Shown: piece after piece, positions 37,747-47,152 of the stretch
How positions within the stretch are numbered: the first letter of the stretch is position 1
Layout: every line of letters starts with the position of its first letter
NCBI GenBank assembly: GCA_051746665.1
Contig: JBNJFG010000003.1
Coordinates: 474-64,473 of the forward strand
Length of the DNA stretch: 64,000 nucleotides
Reading direction: 5' to 3'
Origin: Bacillota bacterium
GTDB lineage: Bacteria; Bacillota; Halanaerobiia; Halanaerobiales; Halanaerobiaceae
Position numbers and translations under genes: made by a program
Notes under the pieces: generated by a model
The model's database searches: none
What the model was told of the DNA's origin: nothing
What the model saw: the letters and a program-made list of their open reading frames with translations, nothing else

Positions 37747-38610
37747 GTGCAGGCAGTAATCCTCGCTTCAGATGATGGGTGGCATATTGAAGAATTAAAA
37801 AAAGCATTAAAAAGAAAAAATATAAGAGCAGAAAGGGTTCCAATAACAGAACTTGGAGCAGCTGTTTCATCTACTTTCCAGCTCAAGTCAAGAGAAAAAA
37901 TATTAGATGGATATGATTATATTTTTGTTAGAGTTATTCCTGGTGGAAGTCTGGAACAGATAATTTTAAGGATGGATATTTTAAATAGAATGGCTGCTCT
38001 GGGTAAAAAAATAATTAACAAACCTTCTGTTATCGAAAAAACAGTTGATAAATATTATACTCAATTTATTCTGGCTGATCATGGCCTTCCGACACCAGAA
38101 ACATTTGTAACTGAAGATTTTAGACAGGCTTTAGAATACTGTGAAAAGTGGGGAGATGTAATTTTAAAGCCGATCTTTGGTTCTCTTGGTAAAGGTATAG
38201 TACGCTTAACAGATGAAGAGACAGCTTATAGGGTTTTAAGAGCCTGGGATGAAAATAACTTAGTTTTTTATCTCCAAAAATATATTGAACATGGTCAGAG
38301 TGATATTAGAGTCTTTGTCTGTAAAGGAGAAATAATTGCTGCATCTGAAAGATGTGGAGCCAGCTGGAAAACAAATGTAGCCAGAGGAGCTGTCAGCAAA
38401 AAAATTGAGCTTCCCCAGAATATTCAAGATATGGCTTTAAAAACTGCAGAAATTCTTGACTTAGATTATACAGGAATTGACATAGTTTTGGAGAATGGTA
38501 GTTATAAGAATGCTTATATTATTGAAGTTAATAGTATTCCAGGCTGGTATGGATTACAGCAGGTAACAGATTTCAATATAGCAGATAAAATTATTGATTT
38601 AATGATCTAG
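37747..38610 (+). CDS. RimK-family ATP-grasp glutamate ligase (Orf5/MyfA/MptN-like)
   Basis: DGWH, PGGSLEQIILRMDIL, KPIFGSLGKG, DIRVFV, WKTNVARG, IEVNSIPGW. Confidence 0.85.
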   Translation: MQAVILASDDGWHIEELKKALKRKNIRAERVPITELGAAVSSTFQLKSREKILDGYDYIFVRVIPGGSLEQIILRMDILNRMAALGKKIINKPSVIEKTVDKYYTQFILADHGLPTPETFVTEDFRQALEYCEKWGDVILKPIFGSLGKGIVRLTDEETAYRVLRAWDENNLVFYLQKYIEHGQSDIRVFVCKGEIIAASERCGASWKTNVARGAVSKKIELPQNIQDMALKTAEILDLDYTGIDIVLENGSYKNAYIIEVNSIPGWYGLQQVTDFNIADKIIDLMI

Positions 38611-38632
38611 ATATAATTTTGGAGGGAAGAAT

Positions 38633-39577
38633 ATGCCTTTAAGTGATATAGAAATAGCACAGGCAGTTCAAATAGCATCTTTGTTGGAAGCCAGTGCAGC
38701 CAAGCCTGGTAATGTTTATCCAAACAAAAGTTTTGAAGATTTAAATTACCATCATTTTTTGTACAGTTCAGCTGCTGTGTTCCCAGCTTTTTTAGATCTG
38801 GATCATAAATCAGTCGGAGAAATAATTTTAGAAGGAGTTAAAGAAACTCATTCCTTTATTAAAACAAATACAAATTTGGGTATTTTACTTTTAATATCAC
38901 CACTGGCAGCAGCATATGCTGGTTTAAGAAAAAAAGATTTAATAGATTCTGCAGATAGTGAAGAATTAAAAAAACTTTTACAGCAAGAAATAAATTATAT
39001 TTTAAAAAATTTAACAAAAAAAGATGCTAAACTGGTTTATCAGGCAATTAATTATTCTAAAGCAGGAAATCTGGCTCGCGTTGAAGCAGGAGATGTTAGA
39101 GATAAGGTTAAATTGAATCTCTATCAGGCAATGGAGCTTGCTAAAAATAGAGATCAAATTGCAGCAGAATATGTTAGTGATTTTAGTGTCACTTTTGATT
39201 TTGCCTATCCAGTTTTAATAAAAAATCAAAAAAGATTTTCCAGGCTTGATGATGCAATAATTCAGACTTACTTAGAGATTTTAGCTGAATATCCAGACAC
39301 TTTAATAGCTAGAAAATGGGGTAATGATTTTGCAGTTGAGATTTCTAAAAAAACTAAAGAACTTCTTGATAAATTAGAAAATATTAAAAAATTAAAAGTT
39401 AGAGAACAGGAGATCAAAAGATTTGATAAATATTTAAGGTCAAAAAAAGAAAAAATTAACCCAGGAACTACAGCAGATTTTATAGCAGCAGTTATATTTT
39501 TAGCAATTTTAGTTTCGGGAAAAAAAATTATAACTAATTGGGCAAACTGGGGGGATGTTAATAATGGATCAATTTAA
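38633..39577 (+). CDS. CitG-family protein (H4MPT-linked Orf7-like)
   Basis: LLEASAAKPGNV, NTNLGILLL..PL, PDTLIARKWG, INPGTTAD. Confidence 0.85.
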   Translation: MPLSDIEIAQAVQIASLLEASAAKPGNVYPNKSFEDLNYHHFLYSSAAVFPAFLDLDHKSVGEIILEGVKETHSFIKTNTNLGILLLISPLAAAYAGLRKKDLIDSADSEELKKLLQQEINYILKNLTKKDAKLVYQAINYSKAGNLARVEAGDVRDKVKLNLYQAMELAKNRDQIAAEYVSDFSVTFDFAYPVLIKNQKRFSRLDDAIIQTYLEILAEYPDTLIARKWGNDFAVEISKKTKELLDKLENIKKLKVREQEIKRFDKYLRSKKEKINPGTTADFIAAVIFLAILVSGKKIITNWANWGDVNNGSI

Positions 39578-40565
39578 AAGAGATGTTCAAAAAGAAGAAC
39601 CTCGACTTGTGGTAGGCTTAAATAGAGTTGGTGTAAAAAACATCCAAAAAATAATCAGAATTAAAAATGATGATAAAGAAAATTTATTTTATTCAACAAT
39701 TGATATATTTGTAGATTTACTTCCCCAGCAAAAAGGGGCACATATGTCAAGATTTGATGAAACCATTACTCAAATAATTGATGAAACAATTCAGAAGAAA
39801 GTTATGGTTATAGAAGATTTCGCCACTTATATGGCAGAAATGGCCAGGGAAAGGCAGCATGCTCATCGGGCAGAAGTCCGGATTAAAGCAAAATATCCTG
39901 TAGAAGAAATCGCACCAGCATCTAAGAAGAAAACTCAAAAAATTAATACAATTATGGGTAGAGCTGTCAGTACTGAAAATGGAAGCAGACATTTGATTGG
40001 TGTAGAAACTAATGGAATGACAGTTTGTCCTTGTGCTCAACAGATGATTAAGGAATATGCAGAAGAAAAATTAGAAAATGAAGGATTTACCAAAGAACAG
40101 CTAAAAAAAGTTTTTAAACATATTCCAATGCCTTCACACAATCAGCGTGGAACCGGTATTTTAATGATTGGTAGTGAGAAAAAAATTAAGGCTGAAAAAT
40201 TGGTGAAAATAGTTGAAAATTCTATGAGCAGTAAAGTTTTAGATCTTTTGAAAAGAGTTGACGAGTTAGAAATTGTAAGAAATGCCCATTTGAATCCTCG
40301 TTTTGTGGAAGATGTTGTTAGAGAAATGGTGGCCCTTACAATTAAAGAATTTGATTTTTTAAGTGATGATGACTATTTCTTAGCTAAACAAACAAATTAT
40401 GAGGGAATCCATAGTTATGAAGTCTATGCTGAAAGAAGTGGAACAATTGGTGAAATCAAAGCAGAAATCGAAAAAGCTGAAAATGATTATATAGATAAAG
40501 ATTATGTTGTAAATTGTAATAATACCAGCTCAGAGGAGTGGCTGGAACTAAATGGAGGCTGTTAA
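39564..40565 (+). CDS. mptA: GTP cyclohydrolase, MptA/FolE2 family (archaeal MptA-like)
   Basis: LNRVGV, KGAHMSRF, TVCPCAQ, SHNQRG, LLKRVDE, NPRFVEDVVRE, EGIH. Confidence 0.78.
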   Translation: MDQFKRDVQKEEPRLVVGLNRVGVKNIQKIIRIKNDDKENLFYSTIDIFVDLLPQQKGAHMSRFDETITQIIDETIQKKVMVIEDFATYMAEMARERQHAHRAEVRIKAKYPVEEIAPASKKKTQKINTIMGRAVSTENGSRHLIGVETNGMTVCPCAQQMIKEYAEEKLENEGFTKEQLKKVFKHIPMPSHNQRGTGILMIGSEKKIKAEKLVKIVENSMSSKVLDLLKRVDELEIVRNAHLNPRFVEDVVREMVALTIKEFDFLSDDDYFLAKQTNYEGIHSYEVYAERSGTIGEIKAEIEKAENDYIDKDYVVNCNNTSSEEWLELNGGC

Positions 40566-41271
40566 TTTGAAATTATTAATTAGCATTAAAAATGCAGAAG
40601 AAGCTTCAATAGTAAAAGATAGCAAATTTGATATTTTAGATATTAAAAATCCTGCTGAAGGTTCACTTGGAGTTAATTTTCCGGGTGTAATTAAAGAAAT
40701 TAAAGAAAAATCTCCAAATAGAGTTATTAGTGCAGCTGGAGGTGATCTGCCTGGACTTCCAGGATTAAGTTCGCAGATTACCTTTGGACTGGCTAATTTA
40801 AAGCCTGATTATATAAAATTGGGCTTTTATAATTTTAATGAACTTGAAACAGCAATAAAAATAGTTGATGAAGCTAAAAAAGCCATTAAGCTAAGTGCTG
40901 CACCTGTTAAATTAATAGCGGCAGCTTATGGAGATTACAAAAAAACAGGCAGTTTTAATCCTTTTTTATTAAATGAGTTGGCCTTTAAAACTGACTTAGA
41001 TGGGATTATGATCGATACCATTAATAAAAATGGGAAAAACTTATTTGATTTTCTCAGTCCAGCAGAGCTTAAAAGTTTTTGTCAGCAGGCAAAAAAAGCA
41101 GAAGTTTTTAGCGCCCTTGCTGGCTCATTAAGGTTTAAACATCTTGATCTTTTAAAAGAAATTAATTCCGATATTATCGGATTTAGAGGTGCTGTCTGTA
41201 AAAATAATGATCGAAGCTCTAAAATAAACGCAGATTTAATTAATGAGCTCTACGAAAAAATTCAGGATTAA
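40552..41271 (+). CDS. mfnB: (5-formylfuran-3-yl)methyl phosphate synthase (DUF556/Orf22)
   Basis: LLISIKNAEEA, DILDIKNPAEGSLG, ISAAGGD, DYIKLG, MIDT, ALAGSL, IIGFRGAVC. Confidence 0.85.
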   Translation: MEAVNLKLLISIKNAEEASIVKDSKFDILDIKNPAEGSLGVNFPGVIKEIKEKSPNRVISAAGGDLPGLPGLSSQITFGLANLKPDYIKLGFYNFNELETAIKIVDEAKKAIKLSAAPVKLIAAAYGDYKKTGSFNPFLLNELAFKTDLDGIMIDTINKNGKNLFDFLSPAELKSFCQQAKKAEVFSALAGSLRFKHLDLLKEINSDIIGFRGAVCKNNDRSSKINADLINELYEKIQD

Positions 41272-41297
41272 TTATCTTAGATATGAGGTTGTTAGAT

Positions 41298-42386
41298 ATG
41301 GGAAAATATAAAATTATTGGTTGGGATATTGGGGGAGCCAATATCAAAGCTACAAAAATAGTTTATAACCAGAAAAATAATAAAATAGAATCAGTTTTAT
41401 CAATCAGTAAATATTTTGCAATGTGGGATAAAAATCAAAACCCTCTAGAAGTTATAGCAGAAATTTATCAAAATTTTAATGAAGCAGACTATTTTGCTAT
41501 CACAATGACTGCAGAACTGGCTGATAGATTTTCAACAAAAATCGAGGGAATCAATTATATAATTGATTTATTCAAAGATAATTTTGCTGATAAAAAACTT
41601 TATTTTTATAACAATCAGGCTAAATTTTTAAGAGTTGAAGAGTTGGAAAATAATATTGAAAAAAGCATAAGTCTTGCTGCAGCAAATTGGGCTGCTTCTG
41701 CTTCTTTTGCAGCGGAATTTAAAAAAGACTTTATTTTATTTGATATGGGAAGCAGTACTATTGATTTAATTCCAGTTAGAAATAATAAAATTGCTGCTTT
41801 GGGTTTTACTGATGTCGAGCGATTAAAACAGGGTGAGCTTATATATCACGGATTTTTGCGGAGTAATTTAAGTAATTTAAGCAAAGAGATACCATATCAG
41901 GGCCAGCTGGTAGCTGTTATTAATGAATATTTTGCAACTACTGCTGATCTTCATTTACTTAAAAATATTATAAATTCAGCAGAATATACTGTTGAGCCCG
42001 CCGATAGTGGTCAGAAAAGCAAAGAGGCAGCAGCTGCTAGAATCGCAAGAATGATCAGTCTTGATCTTAACTCTATTTCCGAAAGTCAGCTTAATTTAAT
42101 TGTTGATTATATTTATAATCAAGAAATTTCATTAATTTATAATAAACTGCTGCAGCTTTATTCTAGGGATTATCTTAATCTGCAAATCCCCTTATTAATT
42201 AATAGTGAAGCAGCCTATTTTAAAGATGATTTAAAAATGAGAAGTGATTTTAAATTTTTGGAGTTGTCAAATCTAATTCCAGTTCTTACTAATAATATTT
42301 TGACTACTACCTCAGCTGCCTCTTTACTATTAAAAAAAATTATTGGAAAAGACTTAGTGGAACTTATGGGGTTAAATAATGAATAA
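41298..42386 (+). CDS. Hydantoinase/oxoprolinase-family protein (MfnF/Orf9-like)
   Basis: IGWDIGGANIK, ITMTAELAD.F, AAANW.ASA, DMGSSTIDLIP, EYFATTAD, RIARMI. Confidence 0.82.
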   Translation: MGKYKIIGWDIGGANIKATKIVYNQKNNKIESVLSISKYFAMWDKNQNPLEVIAEIYQNFNEADYFAITMTAELADRFSTKIEGINYIIDLFKDNFADKKLYFYNNQAKFLRVEELENNIEKSISLAAANWAASASFAAEFKKDFILFDMGSSTIDLIPVRNNKIAALGFTDVERLKQGELIYHGFLRSNLSNLSKEIPYQGQLVAVINEYFATTADLHLLKNIINSAEYTVEPADSGQKSKEAAAARIARMISLDLNSISESQLNLIVDYIYNQEISLIYNKLLQLYSRDYLNLQIPLLINSEAAYFKDDLKMRSDFKFLELSNLIPVLTNNILTTTSAASLLLKKIIGKDLVELMGLNNE

Positions 42387-43041
42387 TTTAACTGTATTAA
42401 AAATTGGTGGTAGTTTTATAAATAATCAAAATCTGATTAATTTAAAAAATATAATAAAAGCAGTAAAAACAATTACTGATCATAAATTAATAATTGTAAC
42501 TGGTGGAGGTAAAGCTGCTGATCTAATTCGAGACTATGATCGAAAAATAAAATTAAAGGACAGCAGTTCACATTTTGCAGCAATTGCAGCTATGGAACTC
42601 AACTCTTATTTGATTTCAGATTATTTTGATAGTTTTTCTTTTTTTTCAACAGACTTTATTTTTTCTAAAGAGGTTAATATTTTTATGCCGCTTAATTATT
42701 ACAGAAAATTTGATCCACTTCCTCATGCCTGGGATGTTAGTTCAGATAGTATTGCTTTAGAGTTGAGTCAGAGGTTAAAGGCGGACAATTTATTTTTAAT
42801 TAAACAGAGAACAATAAAAAATAATTTTAAAATAAAAAGTAAATCTGCAGCTGATAATAAGCTGATAGATAACTATTTTCCAAAACTATATCAAGATCAA
42901 AATAGTAATTTGAAAACTATTATAATCAATATGAAATCAATTAAAAATTTAGAAATGTTAATAGAAAATAGTAAAGCTGAAATTCTAAATAAAAATTCAA
43001 ACTCAAAAGAAGATTATTTTGATTTAAATATATTAGAATAG
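42379..43041 (+). CDS. Amino-acid-kinase family protein (MfnE/Orf21-like)
   Basis: LKIGGS, VTGGGKAADLIR, HFAAIAAM, LPHAWDVSSDSIA, IDNYFP. Confidence 0.8.
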   Translation: MNNLTVLKIGGSFINNQNLINLKNIIKAVKTITDHKLIIVTGGGKAADLIRDYDRKIKLKDSSSHFAAIAAMELNSYLISDYFDSFSFFSTDFIFSKEVNIFMPLNYYRKFDPLPHAWDVSSDSIALELSQRLKADNLFLIKQRTIKNNFKIKSKSAADNKLIDNYFPKLYQDQNSNLKTIIINMKSIKNLEMLIENSKAEILNKNSNSKEDYFDLNILE

Positions 43042-43111
43042 ATTTAAAAAGTATATCAGAATAGATTTAAATTTTTAGATTAAAAATCTAATTAATTATT
43101 GAGGTGTAAAT

Positions 43112-44125
43112 ATGCCTAACTATGATAAAATTGATGGACTGTTAACTGGACTTGCACTTGGTGATGCACATGGAATGCCTTTTGAAATGTTAAACAGAGA
43201 AGATGTAAAAAAACATAAAGAAAATTCTAAGTTTAGTTTAACTGAAAACTTTTTTATTGATATACCAGATTTTCACTTTTTAAAGCGTGATTTAAAAAAA
43301 GCTGAAGTAACAGATGACACAATACTGGCTGTTCATTTGGGAGAATATTTATTAGAAAATAAGGGTAAAATAAATAAAGAAGATTATTTTAGCAGTCTGG
43401 GCGAATTTATAAATGAAAAAAAATTAATTACAAAAGGAATAATCGGTCCCAGTACAGGGAGAGCAGCAAGTAAAATAATGAGAAATGAAAAATTCACAGT
43501 TTCGGAAAGAGCAGGATTTTCTAATGGTTTAGCTCTTAAATCATCAGTTTTAGCATATTTTTTACCTTTAGAAGCTAAAAAGTCAAATTTAGAAAAGATT
43601 AAAAAATTAGCTTATTATTCTCACTTTACAGATACAGCTATTTCAGCTGCAGCAGGGATTTATGCTGCTCTGGCTGAAGCACTTACTGGTAGTGATCTTG
43701 ATGAAATTTTTAATTCAGCGCTTAGTTATATGGAAGCAGGAGAAAATTATGGGCTGCAGACCTTTCAGCCTTCAAGTTATCAGAGGACAAAATTTTTACT
43801 TGAACATCTAGAAACTTTAACTAAAAGTGAAACTTTAGATTTTATTGCTGAAGTTATGGGAACCGGGATCAATAGTTATGAATCAGTGCCAGCAGCATTA
43901 GCTATTTTTAAGCTCTATCCAGATGCTGCTGCTAAAGCTTTTTCAGCAGCAGTTGATATTGGCGGGGATACAGATTCTACCACCGCTCTTGTCGGTGCAT
44001 TAGTTGGTTCTTATAATGGTATTGATATTTTCAAAAAAGAATGGATCGAAGAACTTAATAAAGTTAATTCGCTTTCTTTAAAAGAATTAGGAAGGTCACT
44101 TTTTGCTTTAAGAGAAAATAATTAG
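43112..44125 (+). CDS. ADP-ribosylglycohydrolase (DraG/ARH) family protein
   Basis: GLALGDAHGMPFE, TDDT, GPST, SNG, ESVPAA, GGDTDST...GA. Confidence 0.85.
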   Translation: MPNYDKIDGLLTGLALGDAHGMPFEMLNREDVKKHKENSKFSLTENFFIDIPDFHFLKRDLKKAEVTDDTILAVHLGEYLLENKGKINKEDYFSSLGEFINEKKLITKGIIGPSTGRAASKIMRNEKFTVSERAGFSNGLALKSSVLAYFLPLEAKKSNLEKIKKLAYYSHFTDTAISAAAGIYAALAEALTGSDLDEIFNSALSYMEAGENYGLQTFQPSSYQRTKFLLEHLETLTKSETLDFIAEVMGTGINSYESVPAALAIFKLYPDAAAKAFSAAVDIGGDTDSTTALVGALVGSYNGIDIFKKEWIEELNKVNSLSLKELGRSLFALRENN

Positions 44126-44139
44126 GTGAGGTGCTCAAA

Positions 44140-45003
44140 ATGACAGAAAAAAATAAAATAATTAAAACAAATCGTGGTGATTTAGATTACAGCAGCAAAA
44201 CATTAATTATGGGGATTTTGAACTTAACTCCCGATTCTTTTTCAGATGGAGGCAAATATAATGATTTGGAATCAGCACTTAAAAGAGCAGCAGAAATGGA
44301 GGCTGCTGGAGCTGATATTATAGATATTGGAGCAGAATCGAGCCGACCATACTCAGATAGAATATCTGCTGAAGAAGAAAAAAAGAGGCTGCTTCCAGTT
44401 TTAAAAGAAGTCTTAAAAGTAACAAATTTACCAATTTCTATTGATAGTTATAAAAGTTCTGTTACCAGAGCAGCTCTTAAAGAAGGAGCATCTATTGTTA
44501 ATGATATAAGTGGGCTTCGTTTTGATAAAAAAATGGCAAAAACGGCTGCTGATTTTTCAGCACCAGTAATTATTATGCATATTCAGGGTAGACCAGAAAA
44601 TATGCAGGATAATCCAACTTATCAAAATTTGATTTTTGAGATCAAAAAATATCTCTGGGATGGTATAAAAATTGCCAAAGAAGCCGGGATTGAAGATCAA
44701 TCAATAATTATCGATCCTGGTATAGGATTTGGAAAAAAACAAGTCCATAATCTTCAAATTTTAAATAGACTTGAAAGCTTTAAAGAACTAAATTACCCAA
44801 TCTTAATTGGAACTTCTCGTAAATCTTTAATTAAATATGTAAATAAAAATGAAGTTAATCAAAGATTATTTGGTACAGCTGCAACCGTTTCTACTTCAAT
44901 ACTTAAAGGAGCAAATATTGTACGTGTTCATGATGTTGCCGAAATTAAAAAGGTAGCTGTTATGACAGATGCAGTAAAGTGGGAGGGTGAAAATGGACAG
45001 TAG
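44140..45003 (+). CDS. folP: Dihydropteroate synthase
   Basis: MGILNLTPDSFSDGG, DIGAESSRP, IDPGIGFGK, GTSRKS, VRVHDV. Confidence 0.95.
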   Translation: MTEKNKIIKTNRGDLDYSSKTLIMGILNLTPDSFSDGGKYNDLESALKRAAEMEAAGADIIDIGAESSRPYSDRISAEEEKKRLLPVLKEVLKVTNLPISIDSYKSSVTRAALKEGASIVNDISGLRFDKKMAKTAADFSAPVIIMHIQGRPENMQDNPTYQNLIFEIKKYLWDGIKIAKEAGIEDQSIIIDPGIGFGKKQVHNLQILNRLESFKELNYPILIGTSRKSLIKYVNKNEVNQRLFGTAATVSTSILKGANIVRVHDVAEIKKVAVMTDAVKWEGENGQ

Positions 45004-45373
45004 AGATCTTATCGCACTAAATGAAATGGTTTTTTATGCCTATCATGGAGTCTATGATTCCGAAAAAGAGCTGGGTCAGAGGTTTGTTATTAACTTTAAG
45101 GCAGAACTTGATTATAATTTAGCTGCAGTAAATGATGATCTGCAGCAGACTGTTAATTATGGTGAAATATATAAAAAAATCGAAGATATTTTCAAGGCCA
45201 AGAAATATAATCTTTTAGAAAGTGCTGCTTACAATATAATAAAGGGCTTATTTGTTGAATTTCCGAAATTAGAGGTTATAGAAATAGAAATAAAAAAGCC
45301 TGCTGTGCCAATTAAAGGGGCTTTAGCAGATGCAGCTGTAAAAATGAGCAGAAAAAGAACTGAGGTAATATAA
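44993..45373 (+). CDS. folB: Dihydroneopterin aldolase
   Basis: FYAYHGV..SEKELGQRF, DDL..TVNY, YNLLE, KP. Confidence 0.92.
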   Translation: MDSRDLIALNEMVFYAYHGVYDSEKELGQRFVINFKAELDYNLAAVNDDLQQTVNYGEIYKKIEDIFKAKKYNLLESAAYNIIKGLFVEFPKLEVIEIEIKKPAVPIKGALADAAVKMSRKRTEVI

Positions 45374-45889
45374 ATGAAAGCTGTATACTTAGGTCTTGGT
45401 TCAAATATAGAGCCTAAAGTTGAATATTTAAAAAAGGCGGTTAAAAAATTAGCTGCAGAAACTGAAATAATTTTAGAGAAAACTTCATCTTTATATTCAA
45501 CAAAGGCTTATGGTTATGAAGATCAGGCTGATTTTATTAATGCTGTAGTTTATCTTAAAACATCATTAACTCCAGAAAAACTTTTGCAGACTGTGCTTAA
45601 AATAGAAAGTGATTTAGGGCGCGTTAGAATAAAAAAATGGGGTCCAAGAACTATTGATATAGATATTTTATTTTATAATAAATTAAAATACCAAAGTCAA
45701 GATTTAATTATTCCTCATCCAGAAATAAAAAAAAGGGCTTTTGTTCTGATCCCTTTAATAGAGGTGGCTGAAGATCAACTCTTTATTGAAGAGATTAGTA
45801 TTAAAAAATGGCTGCATAAATTAGATTATAATCAAGAAGAGATTAAGTTTTACGGTAAATTTCCAGATCTTAATTTAAATAAAAGCTAA
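45374..45889 (+). CDS. folK: 6-hydroxymethyl-7,8-dihydropterin pyrophosphokinase
   Basis: YLGLGSN, FINAV, LGRVR..KWGPRTIDIDIL, IPHP...RAFVL.PL. Confidence 0.95.
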   Translation: MKAVYLGLGSNIEPKVEYLKKAVKKLAAETEIILEKTSSLYSTKAYGYEDQADFINAVVYLKTSLTPEKLLQTVLKIESDLGRVRIKKWGPRTIDIDILFYNKLKYQSQDLIIPHPEIKKRAFVLIPLIEVAEDQLFIEEISIKKWLHKLDYNQEEIKFYGKFPDLNLNKS

Positions 45890-46865
45890 ATTCTTTTTTA
45901 GAAAGATCGTCTGGATTGATATTTTGCTTATTTCTGGCTAAATCTAAAATTATTTTGGCAGGATTAGATATTTTTGAAAGGCCAATGAAAGAAGAAGTTA
46001 TTCTAGGATTAATTTCAAGCAGAAAAAACCCCTTTTCATTATATATAAAATCTATCCCAAAATAACCATTTAAATTTGGATATTCTTTTTTTATTAAATT
46101 AGCAAGCTTTTCTAGTTTGTATTGATCTGGAAATTTATAATTGATAGTAGACCCCAAATAAGAAAAATTTTGGGGATTTATTAGCTGTTTATTGAGACTA
46201 AGAATTTGCAGTTTTTTTGAATTAGCAGCCAGAGATAAACTGCCGGGAATCCCCTTTATTATTTTTTGAATAATCTGGCCTTTGTAATTTTTTAAATTTA
46301 AATTTTTAAATTCTTTTTTCGAATTAATAATTTTAAGTTCTGAGCCAGCACTGTATTTAGCTTTAATAACTGCTGGGAAAAATTTTTCATTGAAATTGAG
46401 TACATTTTCTCCAATCAAATAACTTTCAGCTAACTGGAGAGAAGTGTTTTTAAAATTATTATAGAGCAGCCATTTGTTGGCTGCTTTTTTTATGCAGTTT
46501 GAACTGCAGCCTAAATTATTAATATTTTTGTTTTCTATAATTTTAGTTATCTGATAAAGCAAATTATTTGTTTCTGGTGCAATAATCAAAAAATAATCAC
46601 ATTCATTTATATCTAGATTTATCAGTTTTTCAAAATATGAGCTCTGATCATTACTATTTAAAATTATAAAATCTACATTATTAAATTTATTATTAATTAA
46701 GTTAAGATTATCTTGATCAATAAAAATAGACAGCTGAAGATCTTTAAGCTTTGAAAAGGATTTAATTAGAGAAATAAGTATTTGCTTTCCTTCTCTATAA
46801 AAAGATTCTTTAAAATTGCTCTCTTTTTTTTTGCTTAAAAAATATTCTAAGATAAAAATTCTCAT
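45870..46865 (-). CDS. ATP-grasp ligase (MfnD tyramine-glutamate ligase-like)
   Basis: IFILEY...EG..IL, LIIAPET..LL, NLG......AANKW, GYFGIDF, LEINPRITSS. Confidence 0.75.
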   Translation of the reverse strand: MRIFILEYFLSKKKESNFKESFYREGKQILISLIKSFSKLKDLQLSIFIDQDNLNLINNKFNNVDFIILNSNDQSSYFEKLINLDINECDYFLIIAPETNNLLYQITKIIENKNINNLGCSSNCIKKAANKWLLYNNFKNTSLQLAESYLIGENVLNFNEKFFPAVIKAKYSAGSELKIINSKKEFKNLNLKNYKGQIIQKIIKGIPGSLSLAANSKKLQILSLNKQLINPQNFSYLGSTINYKFPDQYKLEKLANLIKKEYPNLNGYFGIDFIYNEKGFFLLEINPRITSSFIGLSKISNPAKIILDLARNKQNINPDDLSKKEFSFYLN

Positions 46866-47152
46866 TATTTTAATTCACCACTTTTTATTTGTTTAAAAAA
46901 ATATTATAATGATAATAGGCTTTAAAAATACCAAACTTCAAAGTTTGATAAATTTAATTATCCTAAATTAATTTTATCATAGTTATCTATTACAAAAAAT
47001 AAAAAACACCATATTATTTAAAAATTTTTTTAAAAATCTTTTATCAAAATTATTTTACTATTAATTCTATTGCAAAAAAAGGTTTTAACAAAGAATTATT
47101 TAATATATAATATATAAAGCCTTTTATTTAGGCGATTAAAGGAGAGTATTTT

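Noticed and set aside
43035-43071. 14-bp direct repeat agaatagatttaaa (two copies)
   Set aside because: Only two AT-rich copies with a 9-nt gap; not CRISPR-like and plausibly a local duplication
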